Assembly (NCBI GenBank): GCA_021779135.1
Contig: JAJYBH010000002.1
Span: forward strand, 15,423 to 79,422
DNA length: 64,000 nucleotides
DNA from: Deltaproteobacteria bacterium
GTDB taxonomy: Bacteria; Desulfobacterota; Desulfuromonadia; Geobacterales; Pseudopelobacteraceae
Direction of reading: 5' to 3'
Numbering within the stretch: the first letter of the stretch is position 1; the number at the start of each line of letters is the position of its first letter. This document shows, one piece after another, positions 28,720 through 37,088 of the stretch. The notes beneath the pieces are model-generated. The model searched no databases. It was not told the DNA's origin and saw nothing but the letters and a program-made list of their open reading frames with translations. A program made the position numbers and the translations under genes.

Positions 28720-29418
28720 TCACCGCAGGCGATAGCCGACCCCTGGCTCGGTGATAATATGCCGCGGACGGGAAGGGTCCACTTCCAGTTTGCGCCGCAG
28801 ATTGCTGATATTGACCCGCAGTACGTGCGGCTGCTCAAGGTAGGCGATACCCCAGACCTGTTTGAGGATCTGGCCGTGAGTCAGGACCTTGCCGGCATGG
28901 GTGACCAGCAGGCGCAGGATGTCGTACTCGGTCGGCGTCAGAGAGATGTCGGCACCTGCCACCGTCACCCTCCGGCTGCCCAGATCCACCTGCAGGTCGC
29001 TGCTGATGAAGAGCGGTTCGGGGATCTCCTGCAGCGAGCGGCGCAGCGCGGCCCTGATGCGGGCCAGCAGTTCGCCGACCCCGAACGGCTTGGTGAGATA
29101 GTCGTCGGCCCCGGCATCCAGCGCGGCCACCTTGTCATTCTCGCGATCACGTACCGAAAGCACGATGATCGGCACCGGGGACCATTCGCGAATCCGTCTG
29201 ATCACCTCGATGCCATCCAGGTCCGGCAATCCCAGGTCGAGCAGGATGACGTCCGGCCGGAACGCGGCGGCAGCAGCCAGGCCGGCATGACCGTTTTCAG
29301 CCTCATGCAGGGAGAATTCCTCGCTGGACAGGACCGTGTGCAGGAAGCGTCTGATCGCCATTTCGTCGTCGATAAGCAGGATGCGGGGTAAATTGTCAGT
29401 CGTTCGTTCTGCTGTCAT
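28720..29418 (-). CDS. kdpE: OmpR-family response regulator KdpE
   Basis: REC plus a winged-helix domain. It follows kdpD with a 4-nt overlap. Confidence 0.85.
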   Translation of the reverse strand: MTAERTTDNLPRILLIDDEMAIRRFLHTVLSSEEFSLHEAENGHAGLAAAAAFRPDVILLDLGLPDLDGIEVIRRIREWSPVPIIVLSVRDRENDKVAALDAGADDYLTKPFGVGELLARIRAALRRSLQEIPEPLFISSDLQVDLGSRRVTVAGADISLTPTEYDILRLLVTHAGKVLTHGQILKQVWGIAYLEQPHVLRVNISNLRRKLEVDPSRPRHIITEPGVGYRLR

Positions 29419-32087
29419 AAGTGTTGTCCCTCTAATGGCAACCGCATCACGATACTCAGGCCGCCGCCAGTCCGGTTTTCGGCCGTGATCCTTCCGCCGT
29501 GGGCTTCCACGATCCCCTTGCAGATCGACAACCCCAGTCCGGTCCCTCCCGCCCCCTCCGGTACCGGGATGCGGTAGAACTTGTCGAAGACCCGCTTCAG
29601 GTCGTGTTCCGGGACGCCGGGGCCCCGATCGGCCACCTCCAGCACCAGCCAGGGCGCATCAGTGGTCGCGAAAATCTCGACAGGACTGCCCGGCGGCGAG
29701 TATTTCAGGCTGTTATCCAGCAGGTTTACCAGTACCTGAATCATCAGCACCAGATCCATGGGTACCAGCGGCATGACCGGCTGCATCTTGAATGACACCT
29801 TGCGGGTGTCGCTGCGAGTCTCCAGGACAGTCAGGGCACAGCCTACCAGCTCCTGGACATCGCACGGCTCAAGGTTGAGTTTGACGGCACCTGCCTCGAT
29901 ACGGGTCATGTCCAGCAGGTTGCCGACAAAACGGTTCAGGCGTTCCGCCTCGCCGCAGGCCGTCTCCAGGAGTTCCCGGCGCGCCGAGTCACCCAGATGC
30001 TCCCCCTCCTCCTTCAGGCTGGTCAGGACTCCGGTTACCGTAGAGAGGGGGGAGCGCAGGTCGTGGGAGATGGAATTGAGCAGCGCCCTTTCGAGGTTTT
30101 CCCTTGCCTGCAGGATCTGGGTCTGCTCGGCCTGGCGCGAGAACTGGATCCGTTCCATGGCCATGGCGGCCTGGGTGGCGAAGGCATCCAGCAGACGGCG
30201 GTTCTCCTGGGAGTGATAATCAGGCTCATTCACCAGTTTGACCCCCATCACACCCAGGACACTGGCCGGTGTCCGCAGAGGAAGATAGATCATCTCTGCG
30301 GAAACGAGTGTATCGGTGGCACGGCCGGCCGGGTGGCTGTTGCGAAAGGACCAGTCAGCCACGGCCTGTTCCTTGACATCCATCAGCAGCCCCTCGCTGG
30401 CAGCCTGGATGTCGAGCCGTTCCCCTTCAGGCAGCAGGATTACCACCCGGGCATTAAGGGCCTCTTCCACGTTCCGGACCACCGCGCCCAGCACGGCGGT
30501 GATATCGACGGAGGCGGCCAGATCGCGGCTCAGATAGTAGAGGCTGGCGGTCTGCACCTCGCGGGCCCGCATCACATCGGCCCGTTCCCGCGAACGGGCC
30601 ACCAGGGTGCTGATCACAACCCCCACCACGAACAGCCCCAGAAAGGTCATCAGATACTGGGTATCGGCCACGACGAACGTCAGGCGAGGGGGGACAAAGA
30701 AGAAGTCGAAGGCCAGCACACCGAGGAAAGCGGTGGCAATGGCCGGTTTACGTCCGAGGCGTACCGAGGCGACAACCACGGCCAACAGATAGAGCATGAC
30801 CATGTTGGTCGGTTCCAGAAAGGGGCGTAACAGTTCGCACAACAGGGTGGCTGCAACGACAAGCGCCAGGCTGGCCGCGTAGCCGCGCAGTTCAAACGGA
30901 CGACGCTGCTTCGGTGCGGCCGTTTTTGCGGAATTCTCCTGTTCGAAGCTGACGACGACAACATCGACGGCCCCGCTCCTGCGGATGACCTGATCGACGA
31001 CAGGAGGGGTAAGGATTTCGCGCCAGCGGGGTTTATTGGGCTTGCCCATCACGATCTTGGTGATGTTGTGGCGGCCGGTGTACTCCATGACCGCATCGGT
31101 GACATCGCTGGCGGTAATGCTCGCAACCTGGGCTCCCAGGCTTTCAGCCAGACGCATGTCGCGCCAGATGCGTTCCCGGTTTTCCCGGACATGCCGGCCG
31201 CTGCCGGGGGTTTCGATATAGACCGTAGCCCACTGGGCCTTCAGCTCTTCAGCCAGGCGGCAGGTGGCTCGGATCAGCTTTTCGCTGTAGGGGGAGCCGC
31301 TGACGCAGACCAGCAGCCGCTCCGCAGTCGGCCACGGTCCGGCGATGGACTGGGTCTCCATGTAGGCCCGCATCTGGTCGTCCACCCGGGAGGCGGTGCG
31401 GCGCAGCGACAGTTCACGCAGGGCCATCAGGTTGCCGGGACGGAAAAACTTCTCGATGGCTGTGGCGGCCTGATCGGGGATATAGACCTTGCCCTCGTGC
31501 AGTCGCTGGATCAGATCTTCAGGGGGGATGTCGATCAGCTTGATCTCGAAGGCCAGATCCAGCAGGCGGTCCGGGACGGTCTCCCGCACGGTGATGCCGG
31601 TGATCTGGGCCACCACATCGTTCAGACTCTCGAAGTGCTGGATGTTGACCGTGGTATAGACATCGATCCCGGCAGAAAGGATTTCCTCAACATCCTGCCA
31701 GCGCTTCTCGTGCCGCGAGCCGGGGGCGTTGCTGTGGGCCAGTTCATCCACCAGCACGATCTGAGGCCTGCGGGCCAGGATGGCATCCAGGTCCATCTCC
31801 GGAAGTGCGACTCCCGCGTACTGAACCTCCTTGCGCGGCAGGAGTTCCAGCCCCTCCAGCAGGGCGTCGGTCTCGGGGCGGCCATGGGATTCGACATAGC
31901 CGGCCACTACGTCACGGCCGTCCTTCATGCGCAACCGGGCCGCCTCCAGCATGGCGTAGGTCTTGCCCACCCCGGCCGCATAGCCGAGGAAGATCTTCAG
32001 CTTGCCCAGTTCGGCCGTGACCTCCTCGGCCTGGGCCAGCTTGAGCATCGCCTCGGGGGAGGGGCGTATGTCGTCGTTATCGGTCAT
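29415..32087 (-). CDS. kdpD: Sensor histidine kinase KdpD
   Basis: 890 aa with an N-terminal KdpD domain (GYAAGVGKTY), a Usp-like domain, four TM helices, GAF, HisKA and HATPase. Confidence 0.9.
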   Translation of the reverse strand: MTDNDDIRPSPEAMLKLAQAEEVTAELGKLKIFLGYAAGVGKTYAMLEAARLRMKDGRDVVAGYVESHGRPETDALLEGLELLPRKEVQYAGVALPEMDLDAILARRPQIVLVDELAHSNAPGSRHEKRWQDVEEILSAGIDVYTTVNIQHFESLNDVVAQITGITVRETVPDRLLDLAFEIKLIDIPPEDLIQRLHEGKVYIPDQAATAIEKFFRPGNLMALRELSLRRTASRVDDQMRAYMETQSIAGPWPTAERLLVCVSGSPYSEKLIRATCRLAEELKAQWATVYIETPGSGRHVRENRERIWRDMRLAESLGAQVASITASDVTDAVMEYTGRHNITKIVMGKPNKPRWREILTPPVVDQVIRRSGAVDVVVVSFEQENSAKTAAPKQRRPFELRGYAASLALVVAATLLCELLRPFLEPTNMVMLYLLAVVVASVRLGRKPAIATAFLGVLAFDFFFVPPRLTFVVADTQYLMTFLGLFVVGVVISTLVARSRERADVMRAREVQTASLYYLSRDLAASVDITAVLGAVVRNVEEALNARVVILLPEGERLDIQAASEGLLMDVKEQAVADWSFRNSHPAGRATDTLVSAEMIYLPLRTPASVLGVMGVKLVNEPDYHSQENRRLLDAFATQAAMAMERIQFSRQAEQTQILQARENLERALLNSISHDLRSPLSTVTGVLTSLKEEGEHLGDSARRELLETACGEAERLNRFVGNLLDMTRIEAGAVKLNLEPCDVQELVGCALTVLETRSDTRKVSFKMQPVMPLVPMDLVLMIQVLVNLLDNSLKYSPPGSPVEIFATTDAPWLVLEVADRGPGVPEHDLKRVFDKFYRIPVPEGAGGTGLGLSICKGIVEAHGGRITAENRTGGGLSIVMRLPLEGQHL

Positions 32088-32090
32088 GCT

Positions 32091-32654
32091 CTACAGTCTA
32101 TCCAATTCCAGGTTCAACACAAGCACATTCACCCGTGGTTCACCGAGGAGCCCCCACTGGCGGTCTTCGGTAGCCCGTATGACAGCCTTTATCACCGCAT
32201 CTTCGGATATGCCGCGCGCCTTGGCCACCCGCGCCACCTGCAATCCGGCCGACTCGGGCGTGATGTGCGGATCGAGGCCGCTGGCCGAGGCCTGCACCAG
32301 GTCGGCCGGCACGACGCCCTTTACTCCACTTTCGCGAAGGGCCTTGACCCGCCCGGCAACGGTTTTGAGATAGTCCGGATTAGTCGGGCCGGCATTGGAG
32401 CCGCCCGAGGACAGCGGATTGTAGCCGAAGCCCGAGGTGGCGGAAGGGCGCGGCCAGAAGTATCTGGGATCGGAGAAGGGCTGACCGATCAGGGAGGAGC
32501 CGATTGTTTTGCCGTTCCTGTCCACGATAAAACTGCCCTGGGCCTGTTTGGGGAAGACGGCCTGGGCGATACCGATGACCACAGCCGGGTAGACGCCGCC
32601 GCAGATGATGGTGAAGATTATGAAGAGCAGAATGGCCGGCTTTATGTCGTTCAT
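32091..32654 (-). CDS. kdpC: K+-transporting ATPase subunit C
   Basis: Start moved to ATG 32654 (MNDIKPAILLFIIF). The upstream part of the track ORF is a repeat element. Confidence 0.85.
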   Translation of the reverse strand: MNDIKPAILLFIIFTIICGGVYPAVVIGIAQAVFPKQAQGSFIVDRNGKTIGSSLIGQPFSDPRYFWPRPSATSGFGYNPLSSGGSNAGPTNPDYLKTVAGRVKALRESGVKGVVPADLVQASASGLDPHITPESAGLQVARVAKARGISEDAVIKAVIRATEDRQWGLLGEPRVNVLVLNLELDRL

Positions 32655-32680
32655 GGGTTTTTTCTCCTTTGATTTTGCCT

Positions 32681-32766
32681 CCCCCTTTGAAAAAGGGGGA
32701 TTGAGGGGGATTTGCCTTTGAGGTCTGAAATCAAATCCCCCCTGGCCCCCCTTTGTCAAAGGGGGG
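32681..32766. repeat. CCCCCTTTG..CAAAGGGGG triple-hairpin repeat (family 2), copy 1
   Basis: CCCCCTTTGAAAAAGGGGG-ATTGAGGGGGATTTGCCTTTGAGG..AAATCCCCCC-..CCCCCCTTTGTCAAAGGGGGG. It is closely similar to the copy at 48459-48536. Confidence 0.75.
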
Positions 32767-32771
32767 TAGAA

Positions 32772-34838
32772 TCACACCACCATCCCGATCACCAGATCGA
32801 TGACCTTGATCCCCACAAACGGGGCGATGATACCCCCCACCCCGTAGATCAGCAGATTGTGGATCAGCAGTTTCTCTGCCGGCCTGGGCCGGAACCTGGT
32901 GCCCTTCAGGGCCAGCGGCACCAGCATCGGGATGATGATGGCGTTGAAGACCACCGCCGACAGAATGGCGCTGAAGGGGCTGGCCAGATGCATGACGTTG
33001 AGCACCCCCAGCTGGGGATAAATCGAAAGCATCATGGCCGGGATGATGGCAAAGTACTTGGCGATGTCGTTGGAGATGCTGAAGGTGGTCAGGTTACCGC
33101 GGGTCATCAGGATCTGCTTGCCTACCTCGACGATATCCAGCAACTTGGTCGGGTTGCTGTCCAGGTCGATGATGTTGGCCGCTTCTCTAGCTGGCTGGGT
33201 GCCGGTGTTCATGGCCACGGCAACATCGGCCTGGGCCAGGGCTGGGGCGTCGTTGGTGCCGTCGCCGGTCATGGCCACCATGTAGCCCTGCTCCTGATAC
33301 TCCTTGATCAGGCGCAGCTTCTCCTCCGGTTTGGCCTGGGCCAGGAAATCGTCCACCTGTGCCTCGGCGGCGATCGCCGCAGCGGTCAGCGGGTTGTCGC
33401 CGGTGATCATCACAGTCTTGATCCCCATGCTGCGCAGTTGCAGGAAACGCTCCTGGATGCCGGCCTTGACGATGTCCTTGAGGTTGATCACCCCCAGGAT
33501 CTCGCACCCTTTGCTGACCACCAGCGGCGTGGCCCCACCCCGGGCGATCCTGTCAACCACGTCGGCCAGGTCACTGGGGATGGCTGCGCAACCAAGCTTC
33601 TTGACAAAGGCGATGATCGAGTCCGAGGCCCCCTTGCGGTACTGGTTACCAGACAGATTGATGCCGGAGAGGCGCGTGTCGGCGCTGAACTCCACCACTT
33701 CTGCCTCCTTCGGCATCTCTCTGGTCAAGCCGTATTTCTCTTTCGCCAATACCACCACGCTGCGCCCCTCCGGGGTTTCGTCCGCAATGGAGGACATCAG
33801 GGCCGCGTCGGCCAGTTCCTGTTCGCTATGGCCACCGACCGGGACAAAGGCCACCGCCTGGCGATTGCCATGGGTGATGGTGCCGGTCTTGTCCAAGAGC
33901 AGTACGTTGACATCACCGGCGGCCTCGATGGCCCGGCCGGAGAGGGCGATGACGTTCTTCTGGAACAGGCGGTCCATGCCGGCGATGCCGATGGCCGGTA
34001 GAAGCGCGGCGATGGTGGTCGGTGCCAGGCAGACGAAGAGCGCCACCAGGATGGTCAGCGAAACCGGTGTGCCGTGACCGGCCACCTTGACACTGTAGAT
34101 CGAGAGCGGGCTGATGTTGGCGCAGACCAGCAGGAACACCAGGGTCAGTGCGATCAGCAGCACCTCCAGGGCGATTTCGTTGGGGGTCTTGCGGCGCTTG
34201 GCGCCCTCGATCAGGCCGATCATCTTGTCCAGAAAGGTTTCGCCCGGATTGGCGGTGATTTTTACAATGATGCTGCTGGAGATGACCGTGGTGCCGCCGG
34301 TGACCGCACTGCGATCTCCGCCCGATTCTCGGATCACCGGGGCCGACTCGCCGGTCACGGCCGATTCATTGACCAGGGCCGCGCCGGCCACGACGTCGCC
34401 GTCACCGGCGATCATCTCGTTAGCCTCGACCAGGATCAGGTCTCCCTTGTGCAACTGGCTGGCGCCGACAGTGGTGAAAGCGCTATTGAACTCGGGCTTG
34501 GCGAGCAGTTTGGCGGTCACGTCGGTGCGCGACTTGCGCAGGCTGGCGGCACGGGCCTTGCCCCGTCCCTCGGCTAATGCGGAGGCCATGGTGGAGAAGA
34601 TCACCGTCAGCCAGAGCCAGAACGAGACGGTGCCGGTAAACCAGGCCGGTTCCGTGTTGGCGCCGGTCAGTGACATGATAAAGGTCACCAGGGTGATGCC
34701 GCTGGCGATCTCGACGCACAGCATGACCGGGTTGCGCCAGAGGGTACGAGGGTCGAGCTTCTTGAGGGAGTCGAGCAGGGCGCCCTTCATGAGTTCTGCA
34801 TCGAAAGCCGATTGTGGCGGTTGGATATGTTTGGACAT
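32772..34838 (-). CDS. kdpB: K+-transporting P-type ATPase subunit B
   Basis: 688 aa with DKTGTIT, TGDN and [10 protein letters not shown]. Confidence 0.9.
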   Translation of the reverse strand: MSKHIQPPQSAFDAELMKGALLDSLKKLDPRTLWRNPVMLCVEIASGITLVTFIMSLTGANTEPAWFTGTVSFWLWLTVIFSTMASALAEGRGKARAASLRKSRTDVTAKLLAKPEFNSAFTTVGASQLHKGDLILVEANEMIAGDGDVVAGAALVNESAVTGESAPVIRESGGDRSAVTGGTTVISSSIIVKITANPGETFLDKMIGLIEGAKRRKTPNEIALEVLLIALTLVFLLVCANISPLSIYSVKVAGHGTPVSLTILVALFVCLAPTTIAALLPAIGIAGMDRLFQKNVIALSGRAIEAAGDVNVLLLDKTGTITHGNRQAVAFVPVGGHSEQELADAALMSSIADETPEGRSVVVLAKEKYGLTREMPKEAEVVEFSADTRLSGINLSGNQYRKGASDSIIAFVKKLGCAAIPSDLADVVDRIARGGATPLVVSKGCEILGVINLKDIVKAGIQERFLQLRSMGIKTVMITGDNPLTAAAIAAEAQVDDFLAQAKPEEKLRLIKEYQEQGYMVAMTGDGTNDAPALAQADVAVAMNTGTQPAREAANIIDLDSNPTKLLDIVEVGKQILMTRGNLTTFSISNDIAKYFAIIPAMMLSIYPQLGVLNVMHLASPFSAILSAVVFNAIIIPMLVPLALKGTRFRPRPAEKLLIHNLLIYGVGGIIAPFVGIKVIDLVIGMVV

Positions 34839-34860
34839 TTTAAGTTCTCCGTAGGGGCGG

Positions 34861-34940
34861 CCCCGTGTGGCCGCCCGCCTTTGACTTTGTTTGTGATTCT
34901 ATACGGGCAACCACATGGGGTTGCCCCTACGACGCCATCT
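34861..34940. repeat. Family 1 palindromic repeat pair
   Basis: GTAGGGGCGGCCCCGTGTGGCCGCCC ... GGGCAACCACATGGGGTTGCCCCTAC. The right unit supplies the kdpA stop codon. Confidence 0.7.
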
Positions 34941-36705
34941 GCAGATGCTCCGCGATCGGCCCCAGGGCCAGAGCCGGGAAAAAGGTCAGCGCCCCGACGA
35001 TCAGGATGACCAGTGTCAGCCAGAGGGCAAAGGGTGCCTTGTCGGCCGGCAGGGTGCCCAGGCTCGGGGGTATGTACTTCTTCTCTGCCAGGTTGCCGGC
35101 CATGGCCAACGACGCCACTATGGGGGCAAAGCGGCCGATGAACATGCAGACCGCACCGGCGATGTTGTAGAAGACCGTGTTACCGTTCAGGCCGGCAAAG
35201 GCGCTGCCGTTGTTGTTGGACATGGAGGCAAAGGCATAAAGCACCTCGGACAGGCCGTGTGCGCCCGGATTGTTCATGGAGGCCACCGCCGACGGCACAA
35301 GCATGGCCACTGCCGAGAAGATCAGGATCAGGATGCCGGAGGTGAGCACTGTTACGATCGACATCCACATTTCGGTGACTTCGATTTTTTTGCCCAGGAA
35401 TTCAGGTGTCCGCCCGATCATCAGACCTGCCACGAAGACCGCGATCACCACGAAGGCCAGCATGGTATACAGCCCCGTGCCGACCCCGCCGAAGATTACC
35501 TCGGAGAGTAAAATCAATGAGAGCGGCATCATCCCGCCGATGGGGGTCAGTGAGTCGTGCATGGTATTGACCGCGCCGCAGGAGGTGCCGGTGGTGGAGA
35601 CAGCGAAGAGGCTGCTTCCCGCAAGGCCGAAGCGTACCTCTTTCCCTTCCATGTTGATGCTCTGCACCCCCAGCCTGGTCACCAGCGGGTTGCCGCTCGA
35701 CTCGGCCCAGTAAAGTATACCCATCGCAAGGACGAGAATGGCCAGCATGACCGCCAACAGCGCCCACCCCTGGCGGGTATTGCCCGCCATCAGGCCGAAG
35801 GTATGGGTGAGACTGCCACTGATCAGGAGTATCAGGAAGATCTCCGCCATGTTGGAGAGCGGGGTCGGGTTTTCGTAGGGATGGGCCGAGTTGGCGTTGA
35901 AGAAACCCCCGCCGTTGGTGCCCAGCTCCTTGATCGCTTCCTGGGAGGCGACCGGCCCCATTGGTATCTGGACCTCTTTCACCTGGATGTTCTCGGTGAC
36001 CGGGTTGCCCTTGGAATCCTTCAATGTATTTCCCCTGTCGTCAAGCCTGGGTTTGTCGTAGCTGGTCCCCTGCACCAGCGGAACGGTCCTGTAGGGGTTC
36101 AGGTTCTGGATCACTCCCTGGGAGACGAGGAATACGGCAAAAACCAGCGACACCGGCAACAGGATGTAGAGGGTGCTTCGGGTCAGGTCAACCCAGAAAT
36201 TGCCGATAGTGGATCCCCGGCGCCGCACAAAACCGCGGATCAGGGCGATGGCTACAACAATCCCCGTGGCTGCCGAGGCGAAGTTGTGCACCGCAAAGCC
36301 GAACATCTGCGTGAAGTAGCTGGCCGTCGATTCACCACCGTAGTTCTGCCAGTTGGTGTTGGTCATGAAGCTGACCGCGGTGTTGAGCGCCAGGTGCCAG
36401 GAAAACGCCGGATAATTTTGTGGGTTGAGCGGCAGTACACCCTGTAAGAGCAGGATTGCGAAGAGCGCCACCCCGCACACCAGGTTGAAAAGGAGCAGGG
36501 CCCAGGCGTAGCGTTCCCAGCCCATCTCCTCGTCCTTGTTCACTCCGCTGATGCGGTAGATCAGCCTTTCGCAGGTGTCCAGGACGGGCGACAGAAGGGT
36601 GCGCTCTCCCTGGAAGACACGGGCCATGTAGTCGCCCAGCGGTTTGACCAGGGTTAGCAGCACAAAGAACAACAGGATTGTCTGCAGCCATTCATAGGTA
36701 TTCAT
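34927..36705 (-). CDS. kdpA: K+-transporting ATPase subunit A
   Basis: 592-aa polytopic protein with a typical KdpA N-terminus (...[16 protein letters not shown]). Confidence 0.9.
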   Translation of the reverse strand: MNTYEWLQTILLFFVLLTLVKPLGDYMARVFQGERTLLSPVLDTCERLIYRISGVNKDEEMGWERYAWALLLFNLVCGVALFAILLLQGVLPLNPQNYPAFSWHLALNTAVSFMTNTNWQNYGGESTASYFTQMFGFAVHNFASAATGIVVAIALIRGFVRRRGSTIGNFWVDLTRSTLYILLPVSLVFAVFLVSQGVIQNLNPYRTVPLVQGTSYDKPRLDDRGNTLKDSKGNPVTENIQVKEVQIPMGPVASQEAIKELGTNGGGFFNANSAHPYENPTPLSNMAEIFLILLISGSLTHTFGLMAGNTRQGWALLAVMLAILVLAMGILYWAESSGNPLVTRLGVQSINMEGKEVRFGLAGSSLFAVSTTGTSCGAVNTMHDSLTPIGGMMPLSLILLSEVIFGGVGTGLYTMLAFVVIAVFVAGLMIGRTPEFLGKKIEVTEMWMSIVTVLTSGILILIFSAVAMLVPSAVASMNNPGAHGLSEVLYAFASMSNNNGSAFAGLNGNTVFYNIAGAVCMFIGRFAPIVASLAMAGNLAEKKYIPPSLGTLPADKAPFALWLTLVILIVGALTFFPALALGPIAEHLQMAS

Positions 36706-36935
36706 GTTGTTTTCTCCGTGGGGCCTGGCGTGACAACGTTGAGCAACTGACGAGCCATGGAGACCGGAATTACCGTCCAGGTGTTTTTCTGACGGTCGAA
36801 CAGCGGTACCTGGCCATGCTCATAATCCGGAGGCGGAACAGGCGTTATGCCGTCTTCATACTGAAGCATATCAGGTTCTTCAAATGTTTCACCTTCATAG
36901 AGACCGCTTTCGGCATTGAAGAGATAGGCTTTCAT
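36702..36935 (-). CDS. Acidic soluble 77-aa protein of unknown function at the position usually held by kdpF
   Basis: Its stop overlaps the kdpA start (ATGA). It has no TM segment. The motif [28 protein letters not shown] is weakly reminiscent of phage tail-fibre-assembly proteins. Confidence 0.5.
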   Translation of the reverse strand: MKAYLFNAESGLYEGETFEEPDMLQYEDGITPVPPPDYEHGQVPLFDRQKNTWTVIPVSMARQLLNVVTPGPTEKTT

Positions 36936-37004
36936 GGAGGAGCTCCCCGTACTTCGATATAACCGCTATGATTTCAGCGTAGCAGTGGGAAGATAAATTA
37001 GGTG

Positions 37005-37042
37005 TCAAAATCGGGGACTGAAAGGTCAAGAGGATATCAAGA
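37005..37042 (-). promoter_or_regulatory. Triple direct repeat TCTTGA-N5-TCTTGA-N15-TTTTGA (candidate KdpE box) upstream of the kdp operon
   Basis: Plus-strand hexamers start at 37005, 37026 and 37037 (spacing 21 and 11). The same architecture occurs at 39137-39174. Confidence 0.55.
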
Positions 37043-37044
37043 CG

Positions 37045-37069
37045 AAAAAAGGGGCCGATCCGGCCCCTC
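37045..37069 (-). terminator. Intrinsic terminator after the KimA-like gene
   Basis: The minus strand reads GAGGGGCCGGAUCGGCCCCUUUUUU. Confidence 0.75.
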
Positions 37070-37088
37070 GTTCTGACAGGAGTATTGG

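Noticed and set aside
36706-37004. A search for a canonical kdpF (a hydrophobic ORF of about 30 aa) upstream of kdpA.
   Set aside because: No short hydrophobic ORF ends near the kdpA start in any minus-strand frame that I translated. Only the hydrophilic 77-aa ORF is present.
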